DNA from: Octopus bimaculoides
Taxonomy: Eukaryota
Assembly: GCF_001194135.2 (NCBI RefSeq)
Contig: NC_068982.1
Coordinates: 171,088,146-171,152,145 of the forward strand
DNA length: 64,000 nt
Reading direction: 5' to 3'
This document shows positions 1-13,508 of the stretch, piece by piece (the stretch's first letter is position 1; each line of letters begins with the position of its first letter). The position numbers were made by a program, and so were the translations under genes. The notes under the pieces are model-generated. The model did no database searches and was not told where the DNA came from. It saw only the letters and a list, made by a program, of their open reading frames with translations.

Positions 1-38
<38 letters not shown>
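1..38. repeat. (TA)n microsatellite; representative of many (TA)n/(CA)n/(GA)n tracts, e.g. ~645-689, ~2290-2365, ~4270-4330, ~55215-55345
   Basis: Direct reading of dinucleotide runs. Confidence 0.98.
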
Positions 39-42
<4 letters not shown>

Positions 43-640
43 TATATACATTCAAAATATAACCCCTCTTGTTATTCATTCTTCCACTCTCCTATCCACC
101 AAATCAAATTTTCTCAGACACAGTTTGTCAGGGACGGTTAAACGCAAAAGAATTTGACCCAATAATTCTCTTTTCTCTCATTTTCCACAATCGTAGTTTC
201 GGTAGTTTTTTGTTTTTTGCTATTTCAGGCAACATTTCCAAATTTTCTTCTTCCTTCTCCTGTAAGTGTATATATACATGAGCATTTGCCTGTATATATG
301 CATGCATTCGCATTCACTTATGTATATTTGATGTGTATGTTTATGTAAAGGTGCTTGTGTTTATGTATGTGTAAGCGTGTGAGTTTCAATTCTTTTTTCG
401 GTTTAAATGTTGAATGCAGAGGAGGATCTTTAAATAGTTTAAGAGTTATTAATGATATCCAGGTGTTTGTAATTTTGACATAGGCTGTAAATATAGTAAA
501 CACTTTCACCATGGCCCTAGTAAAGACACTTCAATGAAAGAATGTTATATTATCTTACTCCACACTCTGACATACGTAATGCACCACTGACAAATACACA
601 GATATACAGAAAAACCCAAGTACATATACGCATGTGTCAG

Positions 641-692
<52 letters not shown>

Positions 693-2933
693 GAGAGGGA
701 AAGAAATGCATGTATGCGTGCGTCTATGAATGTGTGTATGCGAGATTTCCGTTTCATATTTTCAGACGATAATGGAGAATGGAACATGAGACAGATGTTT
801 ATAAGTATTGTAGAGTAAATATTTGAATATAAAAATAAATGTTTGATTGTATAATATTAATGGACCAAAATGATCTTATTAATTGACCCAAAACCTGCTG
901 TATAGTAAATTATTAATATAAAACAAAATTATCAAATAGAAATAAAGAAAAGGGATGTGAGAGAAAGGCGGAAATAGTTGTTCAAGGGTACGAAAGAGAA
1001 GAGAGAAAAAACTAAAAGGAGTATAGAGGGCGAAGGTTTGGTGATAATGTTTATTGCGAAAAATCATAATGCATGTGCAAATAAGCATGAGTGAAGTTCA
1101 ATGTTTCTAATAAAGCACACGTAATAAAGAAAGTGGATGACTCTAATGGAAGAGCGAAATAAAATTAAAAAGATATAAAGATTTGCTGCGCAATGGATTT
1201 GAAAAATATTGAATATATATATATATTTTTTTTAGGAGAATCGTTAGAGTGTGAAATGTGTATGTGGTTGTTAACCGTGCGTGATAGGGGAAATAACTGC
1301 AAGATGTAAAATTAATCTATTGAAAATCTTCAAATAAGAACTTAAGGAAATGTCAAAAGATGGTAGCAAAGAGTTTGAATGCTAGAATGCTAGAGGGAGA
1401 CGAAAATAATTATTCGTTAGCAGCAAGTAAACTGTTGGAGGGAAGAAAAGTACAAAGTAAGTATTCAAACGAGTTCCTGCAGGAACTTAGTGATTCGGAC
1501 TTTTTATTTGATGTTTACGACACTCGAAATAAACTGCAAAGACATTTTTGCTTAAAAGCAAACTTGTCAAAGATCCCTTCTCTACATGCTTCAAAGTGTG
1601 CATATGTTGGTAAATGCATATCTTTAATTTGCTCTCAGTCAATCTCTTATAAGTTTTCAGTAGAGTGCTGTTTTCTTTCTGTAGCTTAGAGCGGTAAATT
1701 CTTGACCTTTCAAGAATATATTCAGCAGCTTATTTTCTTAAAAATCGTTTTGTTATATCCCAACTGATGTTTGACAAATCTGCACAGAGACATTTTAATT
1801 ATTACCGTTACATCTTTAAACGTATTCTTATATAAATTCCGACCTGGCAACATATCAAATATCCTTTTTAACTTGTTTTTCTTTGCACTTTTTTCCATTC
1901 ATTTTCCTCATCATATTCAGATTACTTAAGCATTTTCTTCCCTTCATTATTATTAAAACATGCACTATTTTAGATATTTTTGTCATACACAAATCTCATC
2001 TATTCTAATCATCCATTTTTCTCTGTTTTCGTATATCTGAAAGACACACTTGAATCTTCTTTCTATTACAGGTCATTATTTCATTTGAAACAATGCAACA
2101 ATAAGGACACGATACCATATTCCTTAATATCTTTATCCATTATAGAAACATTTTAGATTACAGAGCTTTCGTACACATCAACATTTGCAGTAAAACGTGT
2201 CAGCTGCACACGCATGCACACATTTGCACTCATACGTACACGCACGCATACACACATTTACACCCTCACGCTCGTACATTCAAACACACATTGACACACA
2301 CACACATACACACACACACACGCACGCACGCACACACACACACACACACTGACACCACACACCAAACAGCCATCGATTCCATAAACTCATAATACGAAAA
2401 CACCATCAGAAAAATGAGCCAAATCTTCAACGTTGATCCAGAACTTGGGTCTCGTTCTCTTATCGTTTATTAAATTATATCTGTAACATTGCTAGGTGTG
2501 CACATGACGGATGATCAGTCTTATTAAGGCAAGAAAATAATTCAGATTACAAAAGCTGCTGATATTCTAGAATGTAGGAGTGGATCATACAAGGTAGTCC
2601 TACTTCTGCTGCTGGCAAGATGTTGCTGCTACTGGAATGCACTCTGCGAACAGCTACCATCCGACTGATATTAAATCGCTAACAGATACATTTAAGTTTA
2701 TGGATCAGAAGCTATTTCCTCTCTCGGTCTTTTTTTATTGTTTCTATAATGGCTGTGATTCGCAAAGTTGACTAAACTGGTACGTCATTTCTCAGACACC
2801 TGAACCCGTTCCCCACACGACCGCTTGTCATCAGCGCTATTGTATCCAACCAGACAGGCCCAGCACTAAGTACATAGAACATTGGCGTTCAGGAAACTTC
2901 TCTACGCATTTGCTTTTTGGTTCATGTCTAGAT

Positions 2934-3238
2934 CAGGACTGGCCAAGCTGAAACCCACGAGCCGCATGTGGCCTGCTTGATACTTTCTTGAAATGGGTTA
3001 TTTAAGCAACCATTAAAACAATTTATCAAAAGTTAAAGATTGTAATTAAAAGTAAAAAGGAAAGATACTACTGTTTTGAAACGATAATATTTCATGTTGA
3101 ATCAACGATCATTTATTTATTATTATCATAATAGAATGGGAAAGCAAAATGCTTTTAATTCTGTCGGTATACCAGCGGCCCTCAAAAATCTTACTTCGAT
3201 TAAAGTGGCCCGCAATGTAATTGAGTTGGCCAGGCCTG
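2934..3238. mobile_element. hAT (Charlie/MER1-like) non-autonomous MITE, ~305 bp
   Basis: TIRs CAGGACTGGCCAAG (2934) and GTTGGCCAGGCCTG (ends 3238); subterminal GCGGCCC/GTGGCCC motifs. The left 8-bp flank GTCTAGAT fits the Charlie NTCTAGAN target; the right flank ACCTACAC is degenerate (4/8). Confidence 0.8.
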
Positions 3239-4269
3239 ACCTACACCAACTAAAATATAAACGGGATATTGCGGCAACAAGTTCACGTCTCTCGGAGAGA
3301 TTGCAGAGGCATGAGCAGCGCTGCTAATTGACATTCAGTAAATAAAAACATGCACATAATCACAAACATGCACGCAAATACTTACATGCACACACGCGTA
3401 AGCATGCTCGCGTGCGCGCATACACACACTCACACACAGTATATGCATGCAATGATTGTATCTGTAATTTAAAGATGTAGATTTGTGATAGACTGGTCAC
3501 GCTGGTGTATTTAATAATCATAACGGTAACCTTATATATATTTATATAAAAATTCCACACCACTACTTAATTCCAGATCAGAAATTGTAAGCAAATACAA
3601 GCATGAGAACAAATCCCTCATGGCGTCCTGAAGGACAGCGCCCTCTCAGGTTTGTCCAGCTGTTTCTAAAACAATTAGTTTAATCATGGCTTTCATGGTT
3701 AAGTGAAACCTAAGTCTAATTTTCTTTCCACTTCTCTTCCACTTTTTGAATTAACCTTCAAACTTTTCATTTTTCGTGACTTCGGCTGTACTAGCGTCCT
3801 GACTTTTAAACAGAATAGATCGTGTGCTCAGAGTCTGAGGCAAGTCATTAAAACCTGCCTTGACGCGTGTCCCTAGAGCAAGAAACTATTAATAGCACGT
3901 ATCTTTATTCTATGTACATTAATATAAAAAAATATATATGTATGTTTATGCGTGTCTGCGTGTATATATATNNNNNNNNNNNNNNNNNNNNNNNNNNNNN
4001 NNNNNNNNNNNNNNNNNNNNNNNNNNNNNNNNNNNNNNNNNNNNNNNNNNNNNNNNNNNNNNNNNNNNNNNNNNNNNNNNNNNNNNNNNNNNNNNNNNNN
4101 NNNNNNNNNNNNNNNNNNNNNNNNNNNNNNNNNNNNNNNNNNNNNNNNNNNNNNNNNNNNNNNNNNNNNNNNNNNNNNNNNNNNNNNNNNNNNNNNNNNN
4201 NNNNNNNNNNNNNNNNNNNNNNNNNNNNNNNNNNNNNNNNNNNNNNNNNNNNNNNNNNNNNNNNNNNNN

Positions 4270-4312
<43 letters not shown>

Positions 4313-6579
4313 ATAGATAGAGAGAGAGATAGATGATAGACAATTAATTTTCCTATGTATCATTAAAGCTGGATGATAAAGATAACGACATTACCTTTTG
4401 TTAAATAATATTCTCTCGCGAAAACACAATTTCTAGCCATATATACATACACAGAGAAGAAAACACGGGCACACATACGAATGCATGAACACACATATCG
4501 CGCGCGCGCACACACACACACACACACGCACTCATAGACAGAAACATGCACACATGCCAGACATACACACATGTACGCAAATAATTGGCTCCTAATATGT
4601 CTCTCTAACTGTGGTAGGTATGCGTATTTGCGTGAATGAAGCTACGCAAGTAATTTTGGCATATGTATACATTGATATATGCATAAATGTACATAAAGCT
4701 ACACATGCAAGCACATGTTAACACACATAGACTTACGTATTTATACACACACAACGCACGCGTGCACACACATACACGTATCGAGTCGTACACATGCCCG
4801 CGCAAGTATCTATACATACACACACTTGCACACACACACACACATGTAAATGTGTGTGAGTAGATTAATATATTATACATATACATATCGAAACTGGGTA
4901 CATTCTGGATATCTTCAACTGCCGAAAGCCTGAGGCTTTTATTTCTCCATATATCTAGCATATATATTTCCTTTTGACCTTTTAATTTCATTTTTGCCAT
5001 AGTTTTTAGTTTCATATCTTAGATATATATTTCTAATGAATTCCGCTAGGCAAAATATATATTCTAATATCTTATCATAAAGGCACAGCTCCACTTTCTC
5101 GAAATGATCCATGATTTACCAAAAGGCAGTAGTAAAGATGTAAAAAGCATAAAAAAAGCGTTATATTTCCGTTTGCTTATCATTTCAGTATTCCTTATAC
5201 ACCCTGCAACTACTGTGATAACACAAAGTTAGATTATACAATTTTGTACATGTTTTAATGTAGGAATTTCTACGTCTGCCAATCGAACCTTCCTAAAGTT
5301 TTGAGAACATCTTGGCCGAAAGCATGGACGCCCAGTAGGCAATAATTTGGAAGCCATTATCTTGATGGCGGACATGTGAAGTAACCAAGAATTTTCCCTG
5401 TAAGGATAAGTTCAGTGGCTGCAAAAGTATGTTGCATGAGACTGGCGAGTCGCTCTGTATATGTCACAAGTCTTTATCTACAAAGTCACCAAAATTATCA
5501 TTTTTCTTGTCGTTGTCATCTTTCTCATCATGCACTTGATCATTCTGATCACGGTTATCATCGTTATATTAGACTTGTTGTGTTCGCCCTCCTCATAATA
5601 AAATAGAGGGTCACAAAATTTTATGTCGATTTTCTCAACATTGTTATTACCATCAACATCACTGCGGTATTTCCTTTGCAATCAGTACTGCTACCATAAT
5701 GCTAATACAACAGACCCTATATCATCGTTTTAGAAACCAAATTCCGGTAAATATTATCAACTTCCAGACCAACGAAGAAATTGTTACGTACAAGCTTAAT
5801 ATGTTTACATTTTATTCATTTACTTTTTTCAGTTATTAGAATGGACCTTATTTTACTACTTCTTCATGTGTTTTAGATAAATATGTTTTACCTAGTACTT
5901 ATTGTTTCGGTTGCTGTTTATCGAATAAGCGAATTACTCTTTAATATATAGAAACAAATCTCGATACATTGATTTTTACCGTAAACATGCACAATCACGA
6001 ACATACAAACAAAAGTATTAAAATATTTTCCCTTGAACAACCAGCTGTATGGGTTTAACAATTGGTGTTAAAGTCAAACAATTATGAGAACAAGCTTCTT
6101 ACTACAGGTTTAAGAAACAAACATTTACAGAAACATAGTAGCCTCCAAAAACTGACTTAAGATAAATATATCATATTTTTTTAGGCGCTTATAGAAACAT
6201 AATTTTCGTTTATATATTTCACATACACGGTAGTTCATACCGTGTCCTAATTTCTAATTCGTTTTAGAATAATATGGGCAAATAATAGATTAAGGAAGCT
6301 AATATGCATGTAGTGGCCTTCATGCGTGTTAAGTCATATACACAGAGTTGGCCAAAACTCACCTGACAGTAAATAAAAACCGTTTCATTCCAAGATTTAT
6401 TTATGTTTAACAATTGAATGACTTTAATAAAAGCATCTACATATGAAACACCATGAAGATTGTTCAGACTGAAGTCCTTTTTGAGCAACACATTTTTCCA
6501 TTGGAGTCAATACAGAATAACAGATAGTTTTTAGAGAATTTTGATTTACTGTCGGGTGACTTTAGCCAACATTGTATGC

Positions 6580-6613
<34 letters not shown>

Positions 6614-7845
6614 NNNNNNNNNNNNNNNNNNNNNNNNNNNNNNNNNNNNNNNNNNNNNNNNNNNNNNNNNNNNNNNNNNNNNNNNNNNNNNNNNNNNNNN
6701 NNNNNNNNNNNNNNNNNNNNNNNNNNNNNNNNNNNNNNNNNNNNNNNNNNNNNNNNNNNNNNNNNNNNNNNNNNNNNNNNNNNNNNNNNNNNNNNNNNNN
6801 NNNNNNNNNNNNNNNNNNNNNNNNNNNNNNNNNNNNNNNNNNNNNNNNNNNNNNNNNNNNNNNNNNNNNNNNNNNNNNNNNNNNNNNNNNNNNNNNNNNN
6901 NNNNNNNNNNNNNNNNNNNNNNNNNNNNNNNNNNNNNNNNNNNNNNNNNNNNNNNNNNNNNNNNNNNNNNNNNNNNNNNNNNNNNNNNNNNNNNNNNNNN
7001 NNNNNNNNNNNNNNNNNTATATATATATATATATATATATATATGCATATATACATACATAATGTACATACATATATATGTATATATACATGCACATATA
7101 GGTATAGGACATTAAAAAAAAACATAGACAAAATGAGAAACGAACATAAAAACAAAAATATAGAAAACGAAACTTTTTTTCGAACAACGATAAAACAAGG
7201 AGACATGCAACCTTAAGAACATTCCCTTCATCAGTTGTCCCCTATTTTATCTACTCCGCGTTTCGAAAGGAAGCACCGTTTTAACGAAGAGAAAATTATC
7301 TAAAGATAAATAATAGCCGAATTTAAATAATCACTGTAGCTTAATGATATTGTAGTTTTGTAGGAATGAAAAGGTATATAATTTAGGAATACATACTCGC
7401 ACACGCACACACACACACACAAACACACACACACAAACACACAGACACACACGCACATATATATACATTCGCACACACACACATACACTCATATATATTT
7501 GCGTACAGCATACCCATAGGCACATGCATATTTCATGTGTTGAGAAGGGAGGATTACTGTATATCTATATATTTCAAAACATCTCAACGCTTCTAAAAGA
7601 GCAAACATTGTTTACATACATCGTAATTTCACATATAGCGTCTGTAAGTTGTATTTATAAATTCAAAAATTGCAGAAGAATTTGTTTGTAGGTAGTTTAG
7701 CTTAAAGGTAAGGCACTTTGACCAGTAATCACAGGGATGTAAGTTCGTGTCTCATGACCTGGTTGCTCAAACATTTTTTATGCAATATAAGAATATGCTA
7801 TGCTATTCAGCATTATTATTATGCGTTTGAGAGTAAAATATTTCC

Positions 7846-7884
<39 letters not shown>

Positions 7885-10249
7885 CATACATATGTATATA
7901 CGTATACATACATACGTGTTTGTGTGTGTACATACATATATAGTTGCGTATATGTCTATATCCCTAATGAAGCATTAAGTTCCTCATGATCTAGGAGCAC
8001 ATTTGATTATGTACTTCAAAAGACGTTGTTACTTAATAAAAGATGAAATAGACACGGTTGGAAAGCCTTTTATAATAGATCTAGTTTTTCACAGCTAACG
8101 TGATGCTAAACAATTATGTAAAGCAGAAAATCAAATCATTTTATTCCATTTCCCTCTTTTCGCTTATAAAATATACTACATAACTATCTTCTTAAATAAA
8201 CTACAAAGCCTAAATGATATTCAGGTCAGGAATCCTATTTCGATTTCCTTAACAATACCTAAAAAGCATTTGTGTTCTGAGCTACTGCTGTAGCTTTTAC
8301 ATGCATGAACTGCACACATCCGCATAAAACATATGCACTACTTGCATCGTTACTCTACTTGATAGTTATAACAGTATACTATTTCCAGCATTACACAAAC
8401 AGCCTTCAGACATTGGTAAATAAAAGGAGTAAATCTCAAACGCACTAACTCCTTATAGCCATTCTTCCGTAGAAATACCTTAACGTACATTATATATACT
8501 AGCTGTCTAGGCAAACTCTATATGGTTCATTTACCTAGAAGAAACAATAGCCAACTCTACTCAAATTATATTGAACAAAGAGAAAATTGAACAATGCAGT
8601 CGCAGACATACATGTCTGAAACTAAAACGGGAGGTTGCTGACTGCAACATCTTTGAGCGTACGTGATTGTCGAATTAAGAAAACGTGATTTTCCCAGCTT
8701 AAACTCTACCACACCTCCTATGATAAAAAGCTACGTGTCGGTAATTCCCGTCCGTGAGTAACCTGTAATAAATGCAAAAATGCTGTGTTGAGTTTGTTTT
8801 ACCGTCTTGGAACCCACACTGAATTAGTAATATCCATTTAGTATGTAATACGTTGCTTCTTTGATGCTGTCGACATTCCCAGTTCCAACAAATTTATGAT
8901 GAAAATAATTGCAACCGCGACCGTTTCATCCTTAACATTTCACCATCATATTTAATGAATTATTTTCCTTTGTGTATTTTAAAGGAGATACGCTGCTATT
9001 TCTAATATTTCGAATGACCATATGAGCACCATCGTTGGCTTCTTGGTTGTCAAATGTAGTTTGTGTTTTCAAAGCTTCTGTATCCCACTAAAGACAGCTA
9101 CCCTTCATGCCTGCAGTGTGGGCATCTCCTCAAATTTTAGAGTAATACAAAGCTGACTGGACATTGGGGAAAACAAAACATGCGCAATCAAACATAATGT
9201 ATGTAATATGATAAGCCGCTGAATGTCGCAATATGCAATATGTTCCTTAACAACAAAGAAGCAGTTTCTAATTACAGTTTCCATAATAACACGTAAACCT
9301 AGTTTAATTTTCCTGAACTGATTACGGTCACACAAAAATCCTCATTACGCATTTGAGAAATCTGACGGCTAAAACGAAAAACAATCACCAACCTTATTGG
9401 TAAAACCTGTAGCGCTTCCAACATTGCAACAAATACTCCGCTTAATTTAGCATTACCAGTAACAGTACCGACAATACCAGCGCCACTAACACCACCACAA
9501 TCGCTACGCACCTCATTATCATTATCCAAACTTATCGCAAATACAAATAACCTAAGTAATATCAGGATATTACGCGCAGCTATGTGAAGCATTTAGACAA
9601 TATCAGAAAAATGAAATAGAATAAAAGCAACTACTTTCTACCTGTCGTCAACACAGTCACAGAGCGAATAAAACCAGAAACTCTATTACAGTAATTGATA
9701 GGCAACATCGTTCTATGCCTAAGAACTTTGAGAACACTAGTACTATATCCAGCTTTCAAGAAACGATGTTAGAATGTCAACATATAATGAGTCAAACAAC
9801 TAAAAATAATGTCCAAATATTCTCCGGTGAAGCCACCAAACGGTAACCTGACATTGAACAAGTGCTACACTTTTAAACTTTAATACTAATTAATTTTACC
9901 ATGCACTGTATTGTGAAAAGCTAAGTATGTTAATAAGGAATTGATACCAAGTCCCAGTAAATGGCGAGTTGTCCTGGGCGGAATGGATTAACAGCAGAAG
10001 TATGAAAGATGAATGTTGAATAAGAGCCGAAAAAAGAAAAAAAGAATGAAAATTTTATCTGGTACATCAAGACTACTATGGTGTTCAATTACTTGTGTTT
10101 AGTATATCAGACAAATAAATGTTTTGCGGTCATTTTCTCGTTGTTTTCTTTCTACGTTCAAACTCATTCAATGCTGATTTAGCTTTCCTTGTTTCCGGTG
10201 TCGATAAATCATATTCTAGACAAGTATCGCAATCCCATCTATTAGTTGT

Positions 10250-10500
10250 TGCTTTTGACGTTGCTGCTGCTGCTGATGCTGATGTTGATATTGTTGTTGT
10301 TGTTGTTGTTGTTGTTGTTCTTCTTCTTCTTCTTCTTCTTCTTCTTCTTCTTCTTCTTCTTCTTCTTCTTCTTCTTCTTCTTCTTCTTCTTCTTCTTCTT
10401 CTTCCTCTCCTTCTCATATTCTACTTCCTCTTCCTTCACTTCTTCGTCCTTCTTCACCACACCACCCCCACCTCCACTACCAGCACCACCGATGCTTTTC
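10250..10500. repeat. Compound trinucleotide array (GCT)n-(GTT)n-(CTT)n with degenerate (CTT/CAC) flank
   Basis: Direct reading; gives the poly-L/F/R/K ORFs in the track. Confidence 0.97.
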
Positions 10501-10765
10501 ATGGCAAAAGCATCAATAACTAAGACGAAGACACAATCATCATTTTCCCAGGTGAATCCATCAGCACTACCACCAACACTATCTTAAACTACTGTCACCA
10601 CTGTTAATGATAATGAGCTACCAACACCATCATTATCATTCCTACCTTTAACTTTACTTATACCGACACAAATCATTTATAGTAAAAATATTTGTAGCCA
10701 TAACCTCAGCAAAATCATGCCTAATACGATTTCTGGCGCAATTTGTATTGCCCTTAGCATCAATA

Positions 10766-10941
10766 TTCTTTACTACTCTAGGCACAAGGCCCGACATTTT
10801 GGGGGAGGGTGTGGGAAGTTGATTCGATCGATCCCAGTACGCAATTGGTATTTAATTTATCAACCCCTGGAAGGTTAAAAGGCAAAGTCGACCTCGGCGG
10901 AATTTGAAATCAAAGCGTAAAGAAAGACGAAGTATTGCTAA
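10766..10941 (-). mobile_element. tRNA-derived SINE, family A (core ...GTCGACTTTGCCTTT(C)A.CC.TTC.GGGGTCGATAAATTAA.TACCA...), head truncated
   Basis: Aligns by eye with the copies at 34821, 40488, 43871 and 44221; minus strand reads GATTTCAAATTCCGCCGAGGTCGACTTTGCCTTT. Confidence 0.85.
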
Positions 10942-10964
10942 CAATTAGCATCAATATTACCGTT

Positions 10965-11010
10965 ATCCTCCTCCTCCTCCTCCTCCTCATCATCATCATC
11001 ATCATCATCA

Positions 11011-11041
<31 letters not shown>

Positions 11042-11536
11042 AAGAACAACAACAACAACAGCAACAACAGTACCAACAATAAGCAGCAACAGCAGCAGCC
11101 GCATTCAAGTCCTTGTTAGTCCTTTTTAGTACCACCACTGCAAACATCATCATCATCTATTCAGTCAACCGACCTTCACATCAACACACGCATCACCATC
11201 ACAACTGTCGTAATCATCATTATCATCATCATGACACTCACAAGCCACCACCAAAACTACAGCCCACACCATCATCATCGTCCCCTTCCTCCCCGTCCTC
11301 CACTTCTTATTTCTCCACCTCTTCTTCTCCCTCTTAACATTTCACCACTTCCTTTTTCTCTTCTTCTCGTTTCTCTACATTAGCTCCCTCCTCCTCCACC
11401 TACTCCTATTCCTCCTCCTCTTCCTCCTCCACTTCCTCCTCCTCCTCCTCCTCCTCCTCCTCCTCCTCATTATCATAGTCATCGTAGTAGCCATTATAGT
11501 TACTGACACCAAGAGCCATAACAACACCAACAGTAC
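10965..11536. repeat. Compound trinucleotide/low-complexity tract (CCT)n(CAT)n(AGA)n(ACA)n(GCA)n ... (CCT)n
   Basis: Direct reading; runs into a gap at 11537. Confidence 0.95.
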
Positions 11537-13039
11537 NNNNNNNNNNNNNNNNNNNNNNNNNNNNNNNNNNNNNNNNNNNNNNNNNNNNNNNNNNNNNNNN
11601 NNNNNNNNNNNNNNNNNNNNNNNNNNNNNNNNNNNNNNNNNNNNNNNNNNNNNNNNNNNNNNNNNNNNNNNNNNNNNNNNNNNNNNNNNNNNNNNNNNNN
11701 NNNNNNNNNNNNNNNNNNNNNNNNNNNNNNNNNNNNNNNNNNNNNNNNNNNNNNNNNNNNNNNNNNNNNNNNNNNNNNNNNNNNNNNNNNNNNNNNNNNN
11801 NNNNNNNNNNNNNNNNNNNNNNNNNNNNNNNNNNNNNNNNNNNNNNNNNNNNNNNNNNNNNNNNNNNNNNNNNNNNNNNNNNNNNNNNNNNNNNNNNNNN
11901 NNNNNNNNNNNNNNNNNNNNNNNNNNNNNNNNNNNNNNNNNNNNNNNNNNNNNNNNNNNNNNNNNNNNNNNNNNNNNNNNNNNNNNNNNNNNNNNNNNNN
12001 NNNNNNNNNNNNNNNNNNNNNNNNNNNNNNNNNNNNNNNNNNNNNNNNNNNNNNNNNNNNNNNNNNNNNNNNNNNNNNNNNNNNNNNNNNNNNNNNNNNN
12101 NNNNNNNNNNNNNNNNNNNNNNNNNNNNNNNNNNNNNNNNNNNNNNNNNNNNNNNNNNNNNNNNNNNNNNNNNNNNNNNNNNNNNNNNNNNNNNNNNNNN
12201 NNNNNNNNNNNNNNNNNNNNNNNNNNNNNNNNNNNNNNNNNNNNNNNNNNNNNNNNNNNNNNNNNNNNNNNNNNNNNNNNNNNNNNNNNNNNNNNNNNNN
12301 NNNNNNNNNNNNNNNNNNNNNNNNNNNNNNNNNNNNNNNNNNNNNNNNNNNNNNNNNNNNNNNNNNNNNNNNNNNNNNNNCTGTGTTCCTTTCTGTGGAA
12401 GAGCATAGGCTCGAAACGTTAAAGACTTTTTCACTTCCCGAGCGTTAAACTAATACATCTGTTTGTTGTCTACACCACCTGTCTTCCTCTTTTGTTTTTT
12501 TTTTCTGAATTCTCCCTGTATATATATATATATATAGTTTTAGGGAAAAGAACCAAGTTTCATGAACTCATCGATGAAAATCCACTATCACATATAGAAA
12601 AATTAATAATTAAAAGCACCATAAATGAGTATAATATAAAACAAAGTAAATATCATAAGATAAAGATATATAAAGATATATACGTATATATATAAGGCGA
12701 ATGTTATTTATGAGTAAGGAGTACTCAATACATGTTGTTGTTGTAGAGGATAAAGTATTTTTTATTAAAACATAGGGAGAATTTGTCACGGAAATCGTGT
12801 TTCAGTTTTACTAAACAACTATATGGTCCACAATATGAACTTAGAACTCGTTTCTCATTCGTTTGACATTTATGGCGTAGAAATAAACGCTGTCCTCCAA
12901 GGTCTACTACACCCAACGCACCGAAACAAACTGAAAATGTGTTGCAGCAGATGATCGCAATGGTTTGAAACTCCCATCGTGAAACGAACTCACTGCTTGA
13001 CTTATAATAAAATAAACCCATAAGAATTGTATAGTATAT

Positions 13040-13508
13040 ATGCGTGAGCATGTGTGTGTGTAGGAAGACGTTTGATTCCCAACCATACAGTTTAGACTTC
13101 AGTCCAACTCCACGGCAATTTGGTGACGTGCTTTCTTTTATAACCTCAGGCCGACCTAAGCGTTGTGAGTAGATCTGGTAGACGGAAACTGAAAGAAGCC
13201 CGTCTTATATATATGTATATATATATATTCTTTTATCCGTGTCAGCTCTATACGTACGTATGTACGTATCTATCTATCTATCTATCTATCTATGCCTTGG
13301 TGTTTGTATTTGTCTGCCACCATCACTAGACAACAGCTGTTGGTTTGTTTACGTCCCCGGTTAGGCAACTAGAGAGCTATAGAATAAGAACCGGGCTTAA
13401 AAAGAAATAAGCACCGGAGTCGATTTGCTCGTGTGAAACTTTGAAGACGTTGCCCGAGCATGGTTACAGTGTAATGACTGGATTAAGTAAAACACAAATC
13501 AAAGATAA
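13040..13508 (+). mobile_element. tRNA-derived SINE, family B, with internal (TA)/(TATC)/(GT) microsatellite
   Basis: Degenerate tRNA-like head, then GGTAGACGGAAACTGAAAGAAGCCCGT, a microsatellite, and a 3' body ...GTTTACGTCCCC...GTCGATTTGCTCG...; homologous to the copies at 25245 and 46938. Confidence 0.85.

Noticed and set aside
1472-1487. 16-bp perfect palindrome AGTTCCTGCAGGAACT, inside the 109-aa ORF 1360..1689
   Set aside because: Short enough to be chance; the ORF has no recognisable homology.
10119-11337. ORFs with poly-L/R/K/F/H tracts; likewise ORFs at 54544-54864, 60141-60800, 62769-63432 and the YIYI/CVCV/HTHT ORFs
   Set aside because: Translations of simple repeats, open in several frames, with no domain or splice context.
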